DNA from: Candidatus Micrarchaeota archaeon
GTDB lineage: Archaea > Micrarchaeota > Micrarchaeia > Norongarragalinales > SBBD01
Direction: 5' to 3'
DNA length: 64,000 nucleotides
Assembly (NCBI GenBank): GCA_018819225.1
Contig: JAHJQN010000003.1
Span: 160,001-224,000, forward strand
Position numbers and translations under genes: made by a program
Part shown: in pieces, positions 17,296 to 26,302 of the stretch
Numbering within the stretch: the stretch's first letter is position 1
How the letters are laid out: the number at the start of each line of letters is the position of its first letter
The notes under the pieces: model-generated
What the model was told of the DNA's origin: nothing
Seen by the model: only the letters and a program-made list of their open reading frames with translations
Database searches by the model: none

Positions 17296-18608
17296 AATGA
17301 AAACGATTCTCCCCGCGAAGGCACGTGCACCTTGAACGGACGTTCTTGTTTCTTCGCGAGCAGATCCAACGCGTCTTTTAACTCCAAACAGGTTCGTTCC
17401 TCTCCGTGGACAACAAAAACGTTTTTCAACGAAGGCATGTTGCGCACCAAATGAATGAGTTCATCGCGATCCGCGTGCGCCGACAAGCGCGCTTCCTCCA
17501 CTTCCAACTTCAAATGCACGCGCTCGCCATCGATTTCCACGTCGCGCACGCCGTCCGACAATTGTCTTCCCAACGTGCCTTCCGCTTGATAACCCGTAAG
17601 CAAGACCTTGTTCTTGCGATCGTTCGCCAGCGCTTTCAAATACAGCAGGGAAGGTCCTCCGGACAACATGCCGGAAGGCGCGACAATAATCGCCTTCTCT
17701 TTTTCGAATACCTCGTGACGGTCTTTGCTCGTGGGAGTCACGTAATGCTTGCTCTTGAACGGGTCGTCCTCGGAAGTCAGAATGCGGCGTTTGATCTCGT
17801 CCTTCAAGTACAAGGCATTGTGACGGTGAATGCGCAACGCCTTGCGCACCATCCCGTCCATAAAAATGGGTACGCTTTCCAGATGGCCGGAACGCATGAA
17901 GTTTTCCAGGATGAAAAGGACTTCTTGGCCGCGACCGATGGCGAACGTAGGAATCAAGACCTTGCCGCCCTTATCCAACGTCTTTTGAACGCTGCTCACG
18001 AGTCGTTGCGCCAATTCTTTTGAAGACGCCCGTTGGTCGTTCACTCCCCCGTATGTACCCTCCATAATCAATACGTCCGCGTCCACGCCATTGAGGTCAG
18101 CCGAAGGCAGCAGGCGAGTCGACCGGCAGGAAAAATCGCCCGTATAAAGCAGGCGTTGCGTATCATAAACTTCGACCATCGCGCTACCCAGAATATGGCC
18201 GGCATCGCGGAATTGAATCATGTTCAAGGAATCGCGTTCCCCGTATTCCAACAACTCCGTGTTCGTGAGGAACTGGTTGACATCCGTTTCCTTGAAAGGC
18301 GCCAGCTCGGGATTCAAGCGAAGGTAATCCGCAAGAAGAATCTGCGTGAAATCGCGCGTCGGTTTCGTGCACGCCACCTTCCCCTTGTAACCGGAAGCAT
18401 ATAACGCCGGAATATACCCGGAATGATCCAGATGCGCGTGCGACAAAATCACTTTCTCGATGCGGCGAATCTGTTTTCTATCCAAAAGCGGATATTCTTC
18501 GTTGCGGGAAAACTTGACGCCGGCATCCAAAAGAAGGGTGTGCTTGCCTTCCAGCAGGAAACAACTGCGTCCGACTTCCCGGCATGCCCCTAAAAAGGAA
18601 AGCTGCAT
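17292..18608 (-). CDS. beta-CASP metallo-beta-lactamase ribonuclease (aCPSF2-like)
   Basis: GACREVGRSC, SHAHLDHSG, AGHILGSA, YTGD, LIPTFAIGRGQE, SGMLSGG, GYQAEGTLGR, SAHAD, VVHGE; no KH domains. Confidence 0.92.
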   Translation of the reverse strand: MQLSFLGACREVGRSCFLLEGKHTLLLDAGVKFSRNEEYPLLDRKQIRRIEKVILSHAHLDHSGYIPALYASGYKGKVACTKPTRDFTQILLADYLRLNPELAPFKETDVNQFLTNTELLEYGERDSLNMIQFRDAGHILGSAMVEVYDTQRLLYTGDFSCRSTRLLPSADLNGVDADVLIMEGTYGGVNDQRASSKELAQRLVSSVQKTLDKGGKVLIPTFAIGRGQEVLFILENFMRSGHLESVPIFMDGMVRKALRIHRHNALYLKDEIKRRILTSEDDPFKSKHYVTPTSKDRHEVFEKEKAIIVAPSGMLSGGPSLLYLKALANDRKNKVLLTGYQAEGTLGRQLSDGVRDVEIDGERVHLKLEVEEARLSAHADRDELIHLVRNMPSLKNVFVVHGEERTCLELKDALDLLAKKQERPFKVHVPSRGESFSL

Positions 18609-18611
18609 GGA

Positions 18612-19028
18612 CTAACCCGCCGCCGCCTTGTTCAAGGGAGGCTTCGGTTTGGAAACGCCGAACTTTTGTCCCGTAATCGGAGCCGGAATTCCGACGCTGA
18701 ACGAAAGCAGCGTGCCAACAACCATTCCCGTATGCGCGACGGAATTCAAAATCTCCTCGGAGAACGCGGGCTCCAAGCGCTTCGTTTTTTCCCACGACTC
18801 CTTGATTTCTTTCAAGCGTTTCTCCTCTCCTTGATAGAAGATCTGGCCGGAAATCGTGATGCGCGCTAGTTTTTGGCGGTATTCCAGGAAATAATCGTAA
18901 TCCACAAACAGCATCTTGTCCTTGATCTCCATCTTCGAAACGTGGATGTTTACGTCCAAGCCCTGGACTTTCGTCGCATCCGAAAATTTCTCAACCGCCG
19001 CCTTGAAAATCTTGCCTCCAGCAATCAT
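18612..19028 (-). CDS. conserved hypothetical protein
   Basis: Clean ORF, GAGGTG SD, first gene of an apparent operon with the beta-CASP gene. Confidence 0.7.
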   Translation of the reverse strand: MIAGGKIFKAAVEKFSDATKVQGLDVNIHVSKMEIKDKMLFVDYDYFLEYRQKLARITISGQIFYQGEEKRLKEIKESWEKTKRLEPAFSEEILNSVAHTGMVVGTLLSFSVGIPAPITGQKFGVSKPKPPLNKAAAG

Positions 19029-19192
19029 GCCAATGCACCTCTAGAATAACGAGTAAATACTGTTTTGCATTTGAGCGGCCGCTTTTTTATGCCTTTTGCA
19101 ACCGACCCCGCTCCACGAAATCCATCGATTGATGCCACCCGCCTAGTTTGAAAAAGGTCGCTTTTTATGCCTTTGCGGTCCAAGGGGTAAGC

Positions 19193-20881
19193 ATGAAGCC
19201 GTTCAGCAAGTACACGAAGCGAATCGTGTTCATTGCACTCATCATCGTCGCATTGTTCGTGGCATCGCGAGCCGTCGCGTTTCCGGTTCCCTCCGAACTT
19301 GCGGCGCTACCCATCCTCGCCTTCTTCTCACTATACCGGATGACCGCCGCATACATTCTCGCGTTGCTGTTCTCGGTCGTGTACGGGTATTACGCGGCCA
19401 CGCACATGAAAGCCGGAAAAATCATGATTCCGCTGCTCGACGTCATGCAAAGCGTGCCCATCCTCGGATTCTTTCCGGCGGCCGTATTCTTTCTCATTAC
19501 GGCGTTTCAAGGCAGCGCCATCGGAATCGAATTGGCCGCCATATTCCTGATCTTTACCTCGCAAGTCTGGAACATGACGTTCGGGGTCTACGAGAGCTTG
19601 ACGACGCTTCCGAAAGAATTGAAACAAGTGGCAGAGAATTTTGGCTTGCGTAGACTCTTGTTTTTCGAAAAACTCGTGTTTCCAGCCACGATCCCCAAAC
19701 TCGTATACAATAGCACGATCAGCTGGGCGAACGGATGGTACTTTCTCATTGCATCCGAAATCATTTCCTTGGGAAGCATCCAACACAAGCTTCCGGGACT
19801 CGGAAGCTATCTCGTTGAAACCACTGCGGCAGGGGATTTGGGAGGAACGTTCGCAGGCTTGTCCGTATTAATCGCCATCATTCTCGCGCTGGACTTGCTG
19901 ATATGGAGACCCTTGACGGTATGGAGCGAGAAATTCCGAATCGAAACGTCGGCAGGCGCCAAACCGACTTCAGGCGTGTACCGGTTTTTCAAGTGGTCGC
20001 CAACGTTCCGGACGGCGAAACAACGCCTGACTCGGGCCATGGAAACGTTGTTCGATGAAATCGAAAAATTCTTGGACGGATATGACGCGTGGATGAAGAA
20101 AGCGTGGTTCAACAAGCTCGTAAAAGGAATCGCTTACGCGGCACTCATCTTGATCGGCGCGCTCTTGTTCAACGTCGTGTTCGGACTCGCGCTATTGGTT
20201 TGGAGCATTATCACGGAGCCATTGCCCCCATTGGCGTACGAGATTCCCATGGCGCTGATGTACAGTTTCGGTCGGCTCGTCATCGCGTACTTGATCTCGT
20301 TACTATGGACGATACCCACGGCGATATATATTGCGAGCAGTCGCTCCGCGCAAAAATACTTGATTCCGTTCTTCGAGGTGGCGGCCGCGATCCCGGCCAC
20401 GGCACTATTCCCCATCATCGTATTACTCGTGATCCAGTTTACGGGAGATTTGAATTTCGCGGCGATCTTGTTAGTGCTGACGGGGATGCAATGGTACCTT
20501 TTGTTTAACGCGCTCGTCGGCGCCAAAAACCTTCCCAGCGAATTGGAGGACGTGGCGAGAGCGTTTAATGTACGCGATTGGAGGTATTACAAGAAGTTCA
20601 TGATTCCCGCGATGCTGCCCTCGCTGGTCACGGGAAGCGTGATCGCGTTTGGAGGCGGGTGGAACGCACTCTTTGTATCCGAGTATATCGCGTACGGGGG
20701 CAAAGTGTATTCCACGCCGGGAATTGGAAGTATGCTTAGCGTAGCAACCTATCAACTAGGAAGCATGAAGCTCATTTTCCTAACGCTAGCCATTATGATA
20801 TTATTTATATTCCTGTTAAACCATTTCTTCTGGAGACGGTTATACAATTTCGTAAGCAGAAGATACAAATTGGATTATTAA
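19193..20881 (+). CDS. ABC transporter permease, duplicated NitT/TauT-type
   Basis: Two permease repeats (PLLDVMQSVPILGFFP; PFFEVAAAIPATALFP), EAA-like loops, GGGWNAL.VSE. Confidence 0.88.
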   Translation: MKPFSKYTKRIVFIALIIVALFVASRAVAFPVPSELAALPILAFFSLYRMTAAYILALLFSVVYGYYAATHMKAGKIMIPLLDVMQSVPILGFFPAAVFFLITAFQGSAIGIELAAIFLIFTSQVWNMTFGVYESLTTLPKELKQVAENFGLRRLLFFEKLVFPATIPKLVYNSTISWANGWYFLIASEIISLGSIQHKLPGLGSYLVETTAAGDLGGTFAGLSVLIAIILALDLLIWRPLTVWSEKFRIETSAGAKPTSGVYRFFKWSPTFRTAKQRLTRAMETLFDEIEKFLDGYDAWMKKAWFNKLVKGIAYAALILIGALLFNVVFGLALLVWSIITEPLPPLAYEIPMALMYSFGRLVIAYLISLLWTIPTAIYIASSRSAQKYLIPFFEVAAAIPATALFPIIVLLVIQFTGDLNFAAILLVLTGMQWYLLFNALVGAKNLPSELEDVARAFNVRDWRYYKKFMIPAMLPSLVTGSVIAFGGGWNALFVSEYIAYGGKVYSTPGIGSMLSVATYQLGSMKLIFLTLAIMILFIFLLNHFFWRRLYNFVSRRYKLDY

Positions 20882-20897
20882 TATCGGGTGATCCGAC

Positions 20898-21191
20898 ATG
20901 GTAACGAAACTGAGAAAAACGATGACTGCCGGATTGCGAGAGCACGGTCTGTTGAAAGAAACGAAACCAAGAATCGATGTGGCGTTTAGGAATCATGCTG
21001 GGGATAATCATCCGGCTTTAATCCGAAGTCTCGCGGAAATCGGAGAACGAACAGGAAACAGGGATGTTCGCAGAGTCACGAGTGCTGCGCTAGCGGATTT
21101 CGTTGCAAGAAATGAAAAGTTTATGGGAAAGAAGGGACCGAATTTGAAACCTGCTCTAAATATCGCTTTCAAAAAACTGAGGGATAGGTAA
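20898..21191 (+). CDS. hypothetical basic protein
   Basis: ORF with GGTGA SD. Confidence 0.55.
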   Translation: MVTKLRKTMTAGLREHGLLKETKPRIDVAFRNHAGDNHPALIRSLAEIGERTGNRDVRRVTSAALADFVARNEKFMGKKGPNLKPALNIAFKKLRDR

Positions 21192-21192
21192 T

Positions 21193-21558
21193 ATGCCGGA
21201 CCGATTCAAAGAAGACGTGTTGAGGGCCATTAGAAGTGATACGAAAATGATGGAACAATTCCGAAGCGCGCAAGCCAACTTGCGCGGAAAGCGAGGATTG
21301 AACAGGTCAGGTATACTTATCGACCAAGTAGCGGATATGGCGCGCCGCTTCGGGGATGGAAACGTCCGCGAAGACATCGCGACGGCCATCCAACGATACC
21401 GTGACCGAGTGAGATCGGAAAGGCTTGGACGAAGTTTAAGACCTCACCGACCGTTCGAAGCACAAGTTGAGCAATCATTAGATCACTTGGAGTTCATGGT
21501 GGAAGAGCGAAACGCGTTAAAAGAAAAGCAAAGGGAGCGCAAGCGCCCCCGTAAATGA
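21193..21558 (+). CDS. hypothetical basic protein
   Basis: Starts 2 nt after the previous stop; Arg-rich. Confidence 0.55.
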   Translation: MPDRFKEDVLRAIRSDTKMMEQFRSAQANLRGKRGLNRSGILIDQVADMARRFGDGNVREDIATAIQRYRDRVRSERLGRSLRPHRPFEAQVEQSLDHLEFMVEERNALKEKQRERKRPRK

Positions 21559-21559
21559 C

Positions 21560-23227
21560 TTACCCGCGTTGCACGTCAATGCGCATGCCGACCTTGTGTT
21601 CCAGTTGCTGAATGTTCGAGCCGCGCTTGCCCAGCACTTTCTTCATCTGGTGCTCGGGAACGTAAAGAATCAAGCGATCGCCCTTGATCTCGAAATCGAA
21701 GTTGTGAAGCTCCGCGTTCAAAACACGCATGATCTTGTACTCGTCCACGAATCCACCCGATGCTTCGCGCGATGGGACGGGAGCGCTTCGAGGAGAACGA
21801 TCGAAAGGGTGCGGTCTTCCCCCGCGAGGCGAACCGCGATCAAAGCGTTCCCGATGGGGAGGACGGGCATGCCGGGCTTCCTGAACCAATGGGAACACGA
21901 CGGTTTCCTCGCCCCACTTGTAGATCTGGAACTCCGGCTGCTGCGTCTGGAAATCACAGACCTCAATAATGGGCCGCGCCAAATCCTTTTCCCGCATGCC
22001 GAATGGAACCTTGACCGTAAAGCGCAAATCATATACTTTAACGATTTTACCGGCTTCCAGGAAAATGATCGTGTCAATGACTTGCGGAATCACTCCAAAA
22101 TCGATTTTTCCGAGAAAACGTTGAATCGCGTCAATGGCCTTGCTGGCGTGCACGACGCCGATCATGCCAATACCCGACAAACGCATGTCCCCGAACGTGC
22201 GGAAGTCTTCGATCTTGCGCACTTCATCAAAGACCGTGTAATCCGGGCGCACGAGCAGCAGAATGTCCGCGGCTTGCGCGAAACTGCCTTCCAACGGCGC
22301 GTACTGCGTAATCGATTTGCCGACCTGCAGGTCGCGCGGTTGCTCCAACGTCTTAATGATTTTTTTCTGGCCCGAGTAATACTCCGCTAGCGCGGTCACG
22401 AACGTGCTTTTACCGCTTCCCGGAGGACCGGCAATCACAATCCCTTCCGCCTTCTGTTTGAGGCGCTCGAACAACAGAGGCGATAAAGCGTAGTCTTCAA
22501 TGGAAAGTTTCGCAATCGGCCGTATGACGGTGAGCTCGCGCGCTTCCGAGAACGGGGGACGCGTGAACGTGATGCGGTAGTCTCCTACTTGAATCACCGT
22601 AGCCCCCTTCTTATCGATTTCAATGAAACTGTTTTCCTCCCGATTCGAGATCTCCACGGCTTCCTGAACCATTTTCTCAATGGTATCCCGAGAAATATTC
22701 TTGGAATCGATTTCCATCAGTTGAAAATTGCCCGGCAAGCCGATCTTCGCTTGCGGAATACAGTTTTCCTTCAAGTGGACGCTCATCGTATTCTTTTCCT
22801 TGAAGTATTTCTCGAACGAGAGCTTCACATCCGAAACCACGGGCTTCAAGTACTCGACCTCAAGGCCTTCGGCCTCCGCCACCTCCGCTTGCACGCGGTC
22901 CGTGGTCATGAGCGTCGCCTTCAAATCCTTGGCGAGCTTGCGAATGTTCGCGTCAATGGCGCCGAGTTGCGCGTGCTCGATCTCGTAAGGCGTCGGCCGG
23001 TCGCCCTCGAAATGCAACGTGAGCTTGTGCGTCTTCCGAAGCTCGTGCAGCTTCTTGATTTCTTTCAGACCCGCGAATCCGACTTCCTTTCCAAGATTCG
23101 CCTGGTGCTCGAGTTCGGCAAGAGAGCTATTGGCGATGATGATCTCTGTTGCTTCCGACGTGCGCTTGACCATCTCCGTAATGCGTCCGTCAATCAGTAC
23201 CCCCGTATCGGGGACAATGCTTTTCAT
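21560..23227 (-). CDS. PINA-type ATPase (PIN + P-loop ATPase + KH)
   Basis: IVPDTGVLIDG PIN domain; GPPGSGKST; LLVRPDYTVFDEVRK; GVVHA...AIQRF; C-terminal KH motif LGKRGSNI. Confidence 0.92.
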   Translation of the reverse strand: MKSIVPDTGVLIDGRITEMVKRTSEATEIIIANSSLAELEHQANLGKEVGFAGLKEIKKLHELRKTHKLTLHFEGDRPTPYEIEHAQLGAIDANIRKLAKDLKATLMTTDRVQAEVAEAEGLEVEYLKPVVSDVKLSFEKYFKEKNTMSVHLKENCIPQAKIGLPGNFQLMEIDSKNISRDTIEKMVQEAVEISNREENSFIEIDKKGATVIQVGDYRITFTRPPFSEARELTVIRPIAKLSIEDYALSPLLFERLKQKAEGIVIAGPPGSGKSTFVTALAEYYSGQKKIIKTLEQPRDLQVGKSITQYAPLEGSFAQAADILLLVRPDYTVFDEVRKIEDFRTFGDMRLSGIGMIGVVHASKAIDAIQRFLGKIDFGVIPQVIDTIIFLEAGKIVKVYDLRFTVKVPFGMREKDLARPIIEVCDFQTQQPEFQIYKWGEETVVFPLVQEARHARPPHRERFDRGSPRGGRPHPFDRSPRSAPVPSREASGGFVDEYKIMRVLNAELHNFDFEIKGDRLILYVPEHQMKKVLGKRGSNIQQLEHKVGMRIDVQRG

Positions 23228-23562
23228 TCCTTTTTCACCTTTGAATCGTCGGGCCGTTCTTTTGCGTTCCACCAATAGAAAACCGCTTTTCCGCGTTTCT
23301 TGCGGATCACCCGGTTTTCATTGACGGCTCGGTCGAGACACCACTTGATTTTTCCGTATAAGGAGGGAATGCCTTTTCTCCACTGAGAAAACGGTTTTCC
23401 CAAAATCTCGTGTTCCTTGACCTCGAATCGCACGACCAGCAAGCCCATGAGCGTGTACGCGTTATGCGGATCGCTGCGCAACGTTTCCATCACCTTGTCG
23501 CAGACGCTCGTGCGCTCCAGTTCCTTCACCGGAAGCTTGATCGTGAGACTCAATACAAACAC
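23224..23562 (-). CDS. small winged-helix-like protein
   Basis: Helical pattern ending VIRKKRGKAVFYWW (wing); overlaps the PINA start. Confidence 0.6.
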   Translation of the reverse strand: MFVLSLTIKLPVKELERTSVCDKVMETLRSDPHNAYTLMGLLVVRFEVKEHEILGKPFSQWRKGIPSLYGKIKWCLDRAVNENRVIRKKRGKAVFYWWNAKERPDDSKVKKE

Positions 23563-23583
23563 CCTTCAATTACAATGTAATTA

Positions 23584-23629
23584 TTGTTAACCTTGTTAAT
23601 GTTAACAACATTTATAAGGTTATTGTTAA
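23584..23629. promoter_or_regulatory. TTGTTAA repeat cluster around a minus-strand TATA box
   Basis: TTGTTAA at 23584, 23593 and 23623; palindrome TGTTAACA at 23600; ATTTATAAG at 23610. Confidence 0.55.
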
Positions 23630-23632
23630 AGG

Positions 23633-24061
23633 TTAGTCGTCCTGAAGCTCGTCGTCAAAATACGTGGTAACGATGGCAGCCACTAAGAACAACAAGCCCA
23701 GTGCGAGCGGGGTATAATACTCGGGATTCAAGCCCTCGCCTTGCAGAAACAAATACGTGGCGCCTGCAAAGAAAAGGAAGGAGAGAACGTACAGAATGGG
23801 CTGGAGCGTCGCCCCAAACATGTCCACGTCATCCGGTATCTCGCCTTCGACCCACGAGGGCCAGATGATTTCCTGAATCAAATAGAAGGCTTCATAGTAA
23901 ACGTAATAGAGAACCGCAAACCCCGCTACCAATAAGATAACGAAACCCCAGTTCGCCGCAACAGGCAATAGTTTTTTCAGGATCGAGCGGACCGCTACGG
24001 CGAACGCTACGTATAACACGATGAAACCAAGGGGTTTGACGAAGTGCTCCCAATCCACCAT
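23633..24061 (-). CDS. hypothetical membrane protein (4 TM)
   Basis: Four hydrophobic segments. Confidence 0.7.
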   Translation of the reverse strand: MVDWEHFVKPLGFIVLYVAFAVAVRSILKKLLPVAANWGFVILLVAGFAVLYYVYYEAFYLIQEIIWPSWVEGEIPDDVDMFGATLQPILYVLSFLFFAGATYLFLQGEGLNPEYYTPLALGLLFLVAAIVTTYFDDELQDD

Positions 24062-24276
24062 AGTCTTATCCTGAAACTAAGCACGAAAAGACGCTATTAT
24101 AAGCTACCGACGCGCTGGAGAGCATGGAATTATGCAAATAGGATACAGCGATGAAAAGTTCCGTTTCAAAATAGAAATGGATGGGGTATGATGAAAGCCG
24201 CACGAATCCGACTGTTGATGCCGGCATTAGCCGGAGCACAGACTTACGCCGGAAGAAAAACCAGCGAATACTAGGC

Positions 24277-24822
24277 CTAACCTTGTTCCTTGAATCGCTT
24301 TAGGCAATCTGGAAGCTCCTTGTAGAGCCAAGCGCTGAATTCCGTGAACGCTTCCGTTTCGTTTTTGATGTATGCTTCGATAGACACATAGTCTTTTTTG
24401 GAGTACCAGAGTGGGACTTGACTGCCGTCTCCTGCTTTTTTGGTCAACTTATTAAGTCCAGAGCCTTTGAACTCGCCGTTATTCATAATTACTCCGCAAA
24501 CTCTCAAGTCAAGGAATGGTTTGTTTAGAATATCTACAGGATGCAGGCTATGGAGTGCGCATCGTTCTCTAAGGAAATTGTGCTCGAAACCCAGGTTATA
24601 GCCAACTGGAACAAACGTGAACGGGTAATCGTCAGTTATTCGAGAATCCTTCAGAAAGGTCTCTAAAATGGATTTCTCGGAAGACTTCCATTCCTTGAGT
24701 ATCTTCAGTTCGCCAATAGGCTTGCCCGTATTCCTATGAAGTTCTTGGTACTGGATAGTGATGATTTTGTCCTTCTTAGGATTCAAGCCAGTAGTCTCAA
24801 TATCTAGGTAAAAAGTCGGCAT
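24277..24822 (-). CDS. RNase H-like / DEDD-type exonuclease domain protein
   Basis: YLDIETTGL, VGYNLGFE, FLDL, YIKNE motifs. Confidence 0.8.
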   Translation of the reverse strand: MPTFYLDIETTGLNPKKDKIITIQYQELHRNTGKPIGELKILKEWKSSEKSILETFLKDSRITDDYPFTFVPVGYNLGFEHNFLRERCALHSLHPVDILNKPFLDLRVCGVIMNNGEFKGSGLNKLTKKAGDGSQVPLWYSKKDYVSIEAYIKNETEAFTEFSAWLYKELPDCLKRFKEQG

Positions 24823-24900
24823 ACCGTTCCCCTTAGCGAATTAGCATCCAAGCGTTAAAAATACGGTTGGAAGGAAGGCGTACAGCTCGTTTGAAAGACT

Positions 24901-24953
24901 TTTTTAGCAAGAATGCGAGTTTTTTAGCAGAAACCTAGTTCTTTAGCAAAGCC
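24901..24953. repeat. orphan IS903-type right end with three 20-nt-periodic TTTAGCA repeats
   Basis: TTTAGCA at 24903, 24923 and 24942; the last runs into GCAAAGCC (GGCTTTGC on the minus strand). Confidence 0.6.
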
Positions 24954-25027
24954 CAGCAAGAGCATATCAATATAAAACCCAAACTAGTTAGGTGTGTTGG
25001 TTGTACCCTTAGGTAGGATTGCTTCAA

Positions 25028-25234
25028 ATGGAGTCGCTTAGAACGCGGTTCTTGAAAACGTACGTATCAGTTCCCCTCAGTTATAGGGACGAAATTATCG
25101 CTATTGTTCAAATCAATGGGAAAGACCGCCCAGTATCGTGGGCTGCGGCGTACATAGAAGTACTCAATTCTACGCAACAGGGTAAGGAAATCCTTAAAAG
25201 AATGAACGAACTGAATTTACTAGGAGGTGATTAA
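25028..25234 (+). CDS. small hypothetical protein A (operon with protease-like gene)
   Basis: Clean ORF after a TATA-like ATATAAAA at ~24970. Confidence 0.7.
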   Translation: MESLRTRFLKTYVSVPLSYRDEIIAIVQINGKDRPVSWAAAYIEVLNSTQQGKEILKRMNELNLLGGD

Positions 25235-25235
25235 T

Positions 25236-25448
25236 ATGGCTGATGAGTACGCGAAAAAGTTAATCATCGAGCGCCTCAGAAATATGCCTCCAAATGTTTC
25301 AGTTTCTATAGGCGATAATGGGACATATAGCCGAAACGAGCTAATTGAACAAGTTCGAACGGGATCGGAAATTGGATTGGAAACAATCCATGTTGAGCTT
25401 GAGTTCATAAGACAATTACCACGCTTAGCAAAACGAGTGCAGGGTTAA
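25236..25448 (+). CDS. small hypothetical protein B, probable paralogue of A
   Basis: Strong SD GGAGGTGA; TAATG coupling to the next gene. Confidence 0.75.
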   Translation: MADEYAKKLIIERLRNMPPNVSVSIGDNGTYSRNELIEQVRTGSEIGLETIHVELEFIRQLPRLAKRVQG

Positions 25449-26086
25449 TGAAAACGTTTCTTATAACTCGGCCTAGGCATGACCCAGGCCTCCACATTCT
25501 TCATGCTTGGTCTGAAAACGTTATAACTGAAGCGATAGCGCATGGTTGGAACGTTCGCAAGGCAGATGATAAACATGCGAATAAAAAAGAAGTGCAGTCT
25601 CGATTAGCTAAAAAACCAGACTTCGTAATGTTCAACGGTCACGGCAGCGATGAATTAATTCAAGGACATAACAACGAGACGCTTGTCAACACCTCTTCGA
25701 GCAATCTTCTAAGGGGCACGATCGTATACGCACGAGCATGCAAATGCTTAAACCGCCTCGGAAGTGCGGCAATAAAAAATGACGGAAGAGCATTTATCGG
25801 CTACAAGGGAAAACTAATTGTTTGGAGCATAAATGAAGGTGCGGCTAAGCCCCTTCAGGATCCAGCAGTCGAGCCAGTGCTTACAGCTTCGAACCAAGTC
25901 CCTATAAGTATCCTTAAGGGAAATTCAGTTGAAGAAGCACTGAAAAAGTCAAAAAAGGTTGCTGAAAAAAAGATGCTTGAACTGCTTCAATCAAACGAAC
26001 CGTACAGCGCCCCTGCACTAAAGGGTTTGTTCAGTCACTATTTCTTGATTGACTTTGAAGGCGACTCTACCGCACGAGTATATTAA
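25448..26086 (+). CDS. putative clan CD (caspase/CHAT/gingipain-fold) cysteine protease
   Basis: FVMFNGHG (His65) followed by IVYARAC (Cys98) and AFIGY, the strand/dyad pattern of CHAT and C25 peptidases. Confidence 0.65.
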   Translation: MKTFLITRPRHDPGLHILHAWSENVITEAIAHGWNVRKADDKHANKKEVQSRLAKKPDFVMFNGHGSDELIQGHNNETLVNTSSSNLLRGTIVYARACKCLNRLGSAAIKNDGRAFIGYKGKLIVWSINEGAAKPLQDPAVEPVLTASNQVPISILKGNSVEEALKKSKKVAEKKMLELLQSNEPYSAPALKGLFSHYFLIDFEGDSTARVY

Positions 26087-26215
26087 ACGCGGCTCTATTT
26101 CGGGAATAGGTAGTAAGCCCACCGAATATAGAGTCAACCCCGCCAAGCCGCCCACCGTTACCAACCGTGCCCACCGAAGGAAACCTACCGCGGTTGGCCG
26201 TCTTGTTCGTCGAAA

Positions 26216-26274
26216 ACCGAATTTATGGTCAACCAATCGAATATGCGGGCAGAAGGTATTTTGTAGGCAAAGCC
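26216..26274. repeat. orphan IS903-type right end
   Basis: Ends in GCAAAGCC (26267-26274); degenerate direct repeat of 31843-31901. Confidence 0.6.
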
Positions 26275-26302
26275 CCCCTGTCCAGCCTTGCACCTTAAAT
26301 AG

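Noticed and set aside
21569-23278. Long plus-strand ORFs antisense to PINA (and similar shadows at 41300-42172, 46994-47578, 51793-52467, 58388-59005)
   Set aside because: Antisense shadows of well-supported genes, with no motifs of their own.
24121-24140. Left terminal repeat of the oldest cassette (GGAATTATGCAAATA)
   Set aside because: Only about 10/15 match to the right-end consensus and no convincing target duplication; left unassigned.
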